44,786 nt of DNA from Naegleria gruberi (taxonomy: Eukaryota): the NCBI GenBank assembly GCA_000004985.1, contig GG738965.1, one strand, 5' to 3'. Each line of letters begins with the position of its first letter. The stretch's first letter is position 1. Position numbers and translations under genes: made by a program. Positions 43,308 to 44,786 of this stretch are shown piece by piece. Under the pieces are notes generated by a model. It did no database searches and was not told where the DNA came from. It worked only from the letters and a program-made list of their open reading frames with translations.

Positions 43308-44090
43308 TTTGCTGGTGAAAAGGAACCAAAAGCACTCTTTCCTGGTTCAGATGATGTGAATCAGCTTGAAAAGATATTTGAATGGTGTGGTACTCCTTCA
43401 ACGGAAGAATGGGCTGAGGTTGAAAATCTTGCTCATTGGAATGCTCTTAAACCAAAAGAATCAAAGAAGAGAAGACTCTTGGAAAGATTTGCAAACTTGA
43501 AATCATGCTCAAAGAAGGTTCTAGATTTACTTGATAAGCTTCTTGTGCTTAATCCTGCCAAACGATTAACAACCAATGAATGCTTAAATCACGACTGGTT
43601 CTGGGAAAAGGGTTCCACAACCAATATCAAACTCAAAAATCTTCCTTCAACAGCTACTAATGAATTCCTTACAAGAAAGAAGGGTGATAACAAACCAAAT
43701 GCACCTTCACATCAATTACCAGGTTCTACCAGTGTCCAACAGTTGCCACACAATATTAATCAGAGCTATGGTGTTTCATCTACATCATCCTCTCATCCAC
43801 CATTTGGTAGTAGTAATGGTAACAGACATTCCTATAATCCCTCTCACCATCATCAATCGTCACACCATAGCAGTCATCATTCGAACACTAGCTCCTCTCA
43901 CCATAATGGTAGCTCACATCATAATAGTCACCACCATCACCAATCATCACATCACCACTCTAGTAGCTCACATCATGGCTCAACTGGTTCAGGTCATTCC
44001 AATAATTATCATCGTGACAATAGGCATCACCATGATCCTCCTCAAAGAAATAACCAATTAGCACCTCCAAATAAGAAGGTTAAATATTAA
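43308..44090 (+). CDS. CDK9/P-TEFb-type cyclin-dependent kinase, C-terminal lobe plus His/Ser-rich tail (catalytic N-terminal part in mask 42104-43306; true start undetermined)
   Basis: FAGEKEPKALFPGSDDVNQLEKIFEWCGTPSTEEWAEVENLAHWNALKPKESKKRRLLERFANL... VLDLLDKLLVLNPAKRLTTNECLNHDWFWE aligns with human CDK9 ...PIMQGNTEQHQLALISQLCGSITPEVWPNV... ALDLIDKLLVLDPAQRIDSDDALNHDFFW. It is followed by ~150 aa of low complexity ending ...PPNKKVKY* (TAA 44088-44090). The frame-0 ORF is continuous into the mask from 42087, and another frame has an ATG at 42044. Confidence 0.7.
   Translation, partial: FAGEKEPKALFPGSDDVNQLEKIFEWCGTPSTEEWAEVENLAHWNALKPKESKKRRLLERFANLKSCSKKVLDLLDKLLVLNPAKRLTTNECLNHDWFWEKGSTTNIKLKNLPSTATNEFLTRKKGDNKPNAPSHQLPGSTSVQQLPHNINQSYGVSSTSSSHPPFGSSNGNRHSYNPSHHHQSSHHSSHHSNTSSSHHNGSSHHNSHHHHQSSHHHSSSSHHGSTGSGHSNNYHRDNRHHHDPPQRNNQLAPPNKKVKY
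43850..44040 (+). repeat. cat/cac/agc-rich coding low-complexity tract encoding (S/H)n: SHHHQSSHHSSHHSNTSSSHHNGSSHHNSHHHHQSSHHHSSSSHH
   Basis: Seen directly in the CDK tail. The antisense shadow ORF 43660-44061 is an artefact of this repeat. Confidence 0.65.
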
Positions 44091-44196
44091 TAAATGAGTT
44101 ATTTAAAGGAAAAAAATGGCACAGACTTTTTTATGAATTATAATAATGCAATAATGATTTGTGTTTAATATTATTTTGCATGACGATAATGATTTA

Positions 44197-44595
44197 TTAT
44201 TCAATGTGAATGAAGGACATTGTGGAAAATGGATCACCAAAAGGACATCCCAATTGTTGGTTTTGATTTATCGGAACTCTTTTTCTCTCTCCATTCCAAA
44301 TCATTAAATTGCTTGCAATTTCTATTGTCTTGGATTGCATATTTAGAGGAGCCCAGGATAATATTTCAAGTTGTGGGTCATGTTGGTGGTTGTGATTAAA
44401 GTTATTTGGTTTGTACAGGAGGGCTGATTTGTACTTAATCCAGAAAGCTCTATCAAACGCCTTTAGTAATTCATAGGTTTGTGGATTGGTACGTGGAAAG
44501 ATTGGATCTTTGGTGAGCAACAAATTTACAAACAAATCCAATTGTTCATGGGTGTTGAAAGTAATGCAATAATTTTGAATTTCAATGAATGCCAT
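44197..44595 (-). CDS. hypothetical protein, 132 aa (possibly a 3' exon; an upstream in-frame-open segment 44600-44774 may be exon 1)
   Basis: Continuous ORF MAFIEIQNYCITFNTHEQLDLFVNLLLTKDPIFPRTNPQTYELLKAFDRAFWIKYKSALLYKPNNF...GCPFGDPFSTMSFIHIE* with non-repetitive, globular-looking composition. Convergent with the CDK gene; stops are ~105 nt apart. An overlapping minus ORF 44526-44774 (MENNSFNNIKEMLTPKNPLSSEVKSV...SRKRSKSEG) could be a spliced upstream exon, but no convincing GT..AG pair was found. Confidence 0.35.
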   Translation of the reverse strand: MAFIEIQNYCITFNTHEQLDLFVNLLLTKDPIFPRTNPQTYELLKAFDRAFWIKYKSALLYKPNNFNHNHQHDPQLEILSWAPLNMQSKTIEIASNLMIWNGERKRVPINQNQQLGCPFGDPFSTMSFIHIE

Positions 44596-44786
44596 TGGAT
44601 TAGTTTCAACTTCTCGTGGACACCTTCACTCTTACTTCTTTTCCTTGATGTCTGCTGCACTGCTTCTGTAGTCAGCATATTATCTGGGACTGAGTGAACA
44701 GATTTAACCTCACTGCTGAGAGGGTTTTTTGGAGTGAGCATTTCCTTGATATTATTAAAGGAATTATTCTCCAAACCAAACTTTTG

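Noticed and set aside
43660-44061. 133-aa ORF on the + strand in another frame over the CDK tail
   Set aside because: Alternative-frame reading of the cat/cac/agc repeat. The CDK frame is supported by homology.
1-44786. CRISPR arrays, rRNA, LTRs or terminal inverted repeats
   Set aside because: None found in unmasked sequence. The only repeats seen are coding microsatellites and the 25-nt pair at 41211/42064.

Overview
The window reads as a gene-dense, moderately AT-rich nuclear segment from a lower eukaryote. Asn/Ser homopolymer-rich proteins, short AT-rich GT..AG introns, A-rich start contexts and dispersed tRNA genes fit a dictyostelid-type amoebozoan best. CGA, GGG, CCC and CTG codons are used, so it is probably not D. 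discoideum itself. Species is inference only. About 32 kb of the 44.8 kb is hard-masked as N: 1264-2593, 4693-6075, 7419-8141, 11423-11771, 13790-40892 and 42104-43306. The ORF-track lines running through these blocks are translation artefacts. Supportable features are three tRNA genes (Asp-GUC +, Gln-UUG -, Ser-UGA -), a stand-alone DUSP11/PIR1- or capping-enzyme-type RNA 5'-phosphatase, an Hsc70-interacting protein (Hip/ST13) homolog with one visible intron, a small classical dual-specificity phosphatase with one 100-nt intron, an F-box protein, a GNAT acetyltransferase, two membrane proteins, and the C-terminal half of a CDK9-type kinase with a long His/Ser-rich tail. Just upstream of that kinase lies a degraded CaMK-group kinase pseudogene. 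Several further partial or unresolved coding segments are listed at low confidence. No CRISPR, rRNA or intact mobile element is visible in unmasked sequence. The 27-kb masked block cannot be assessed.
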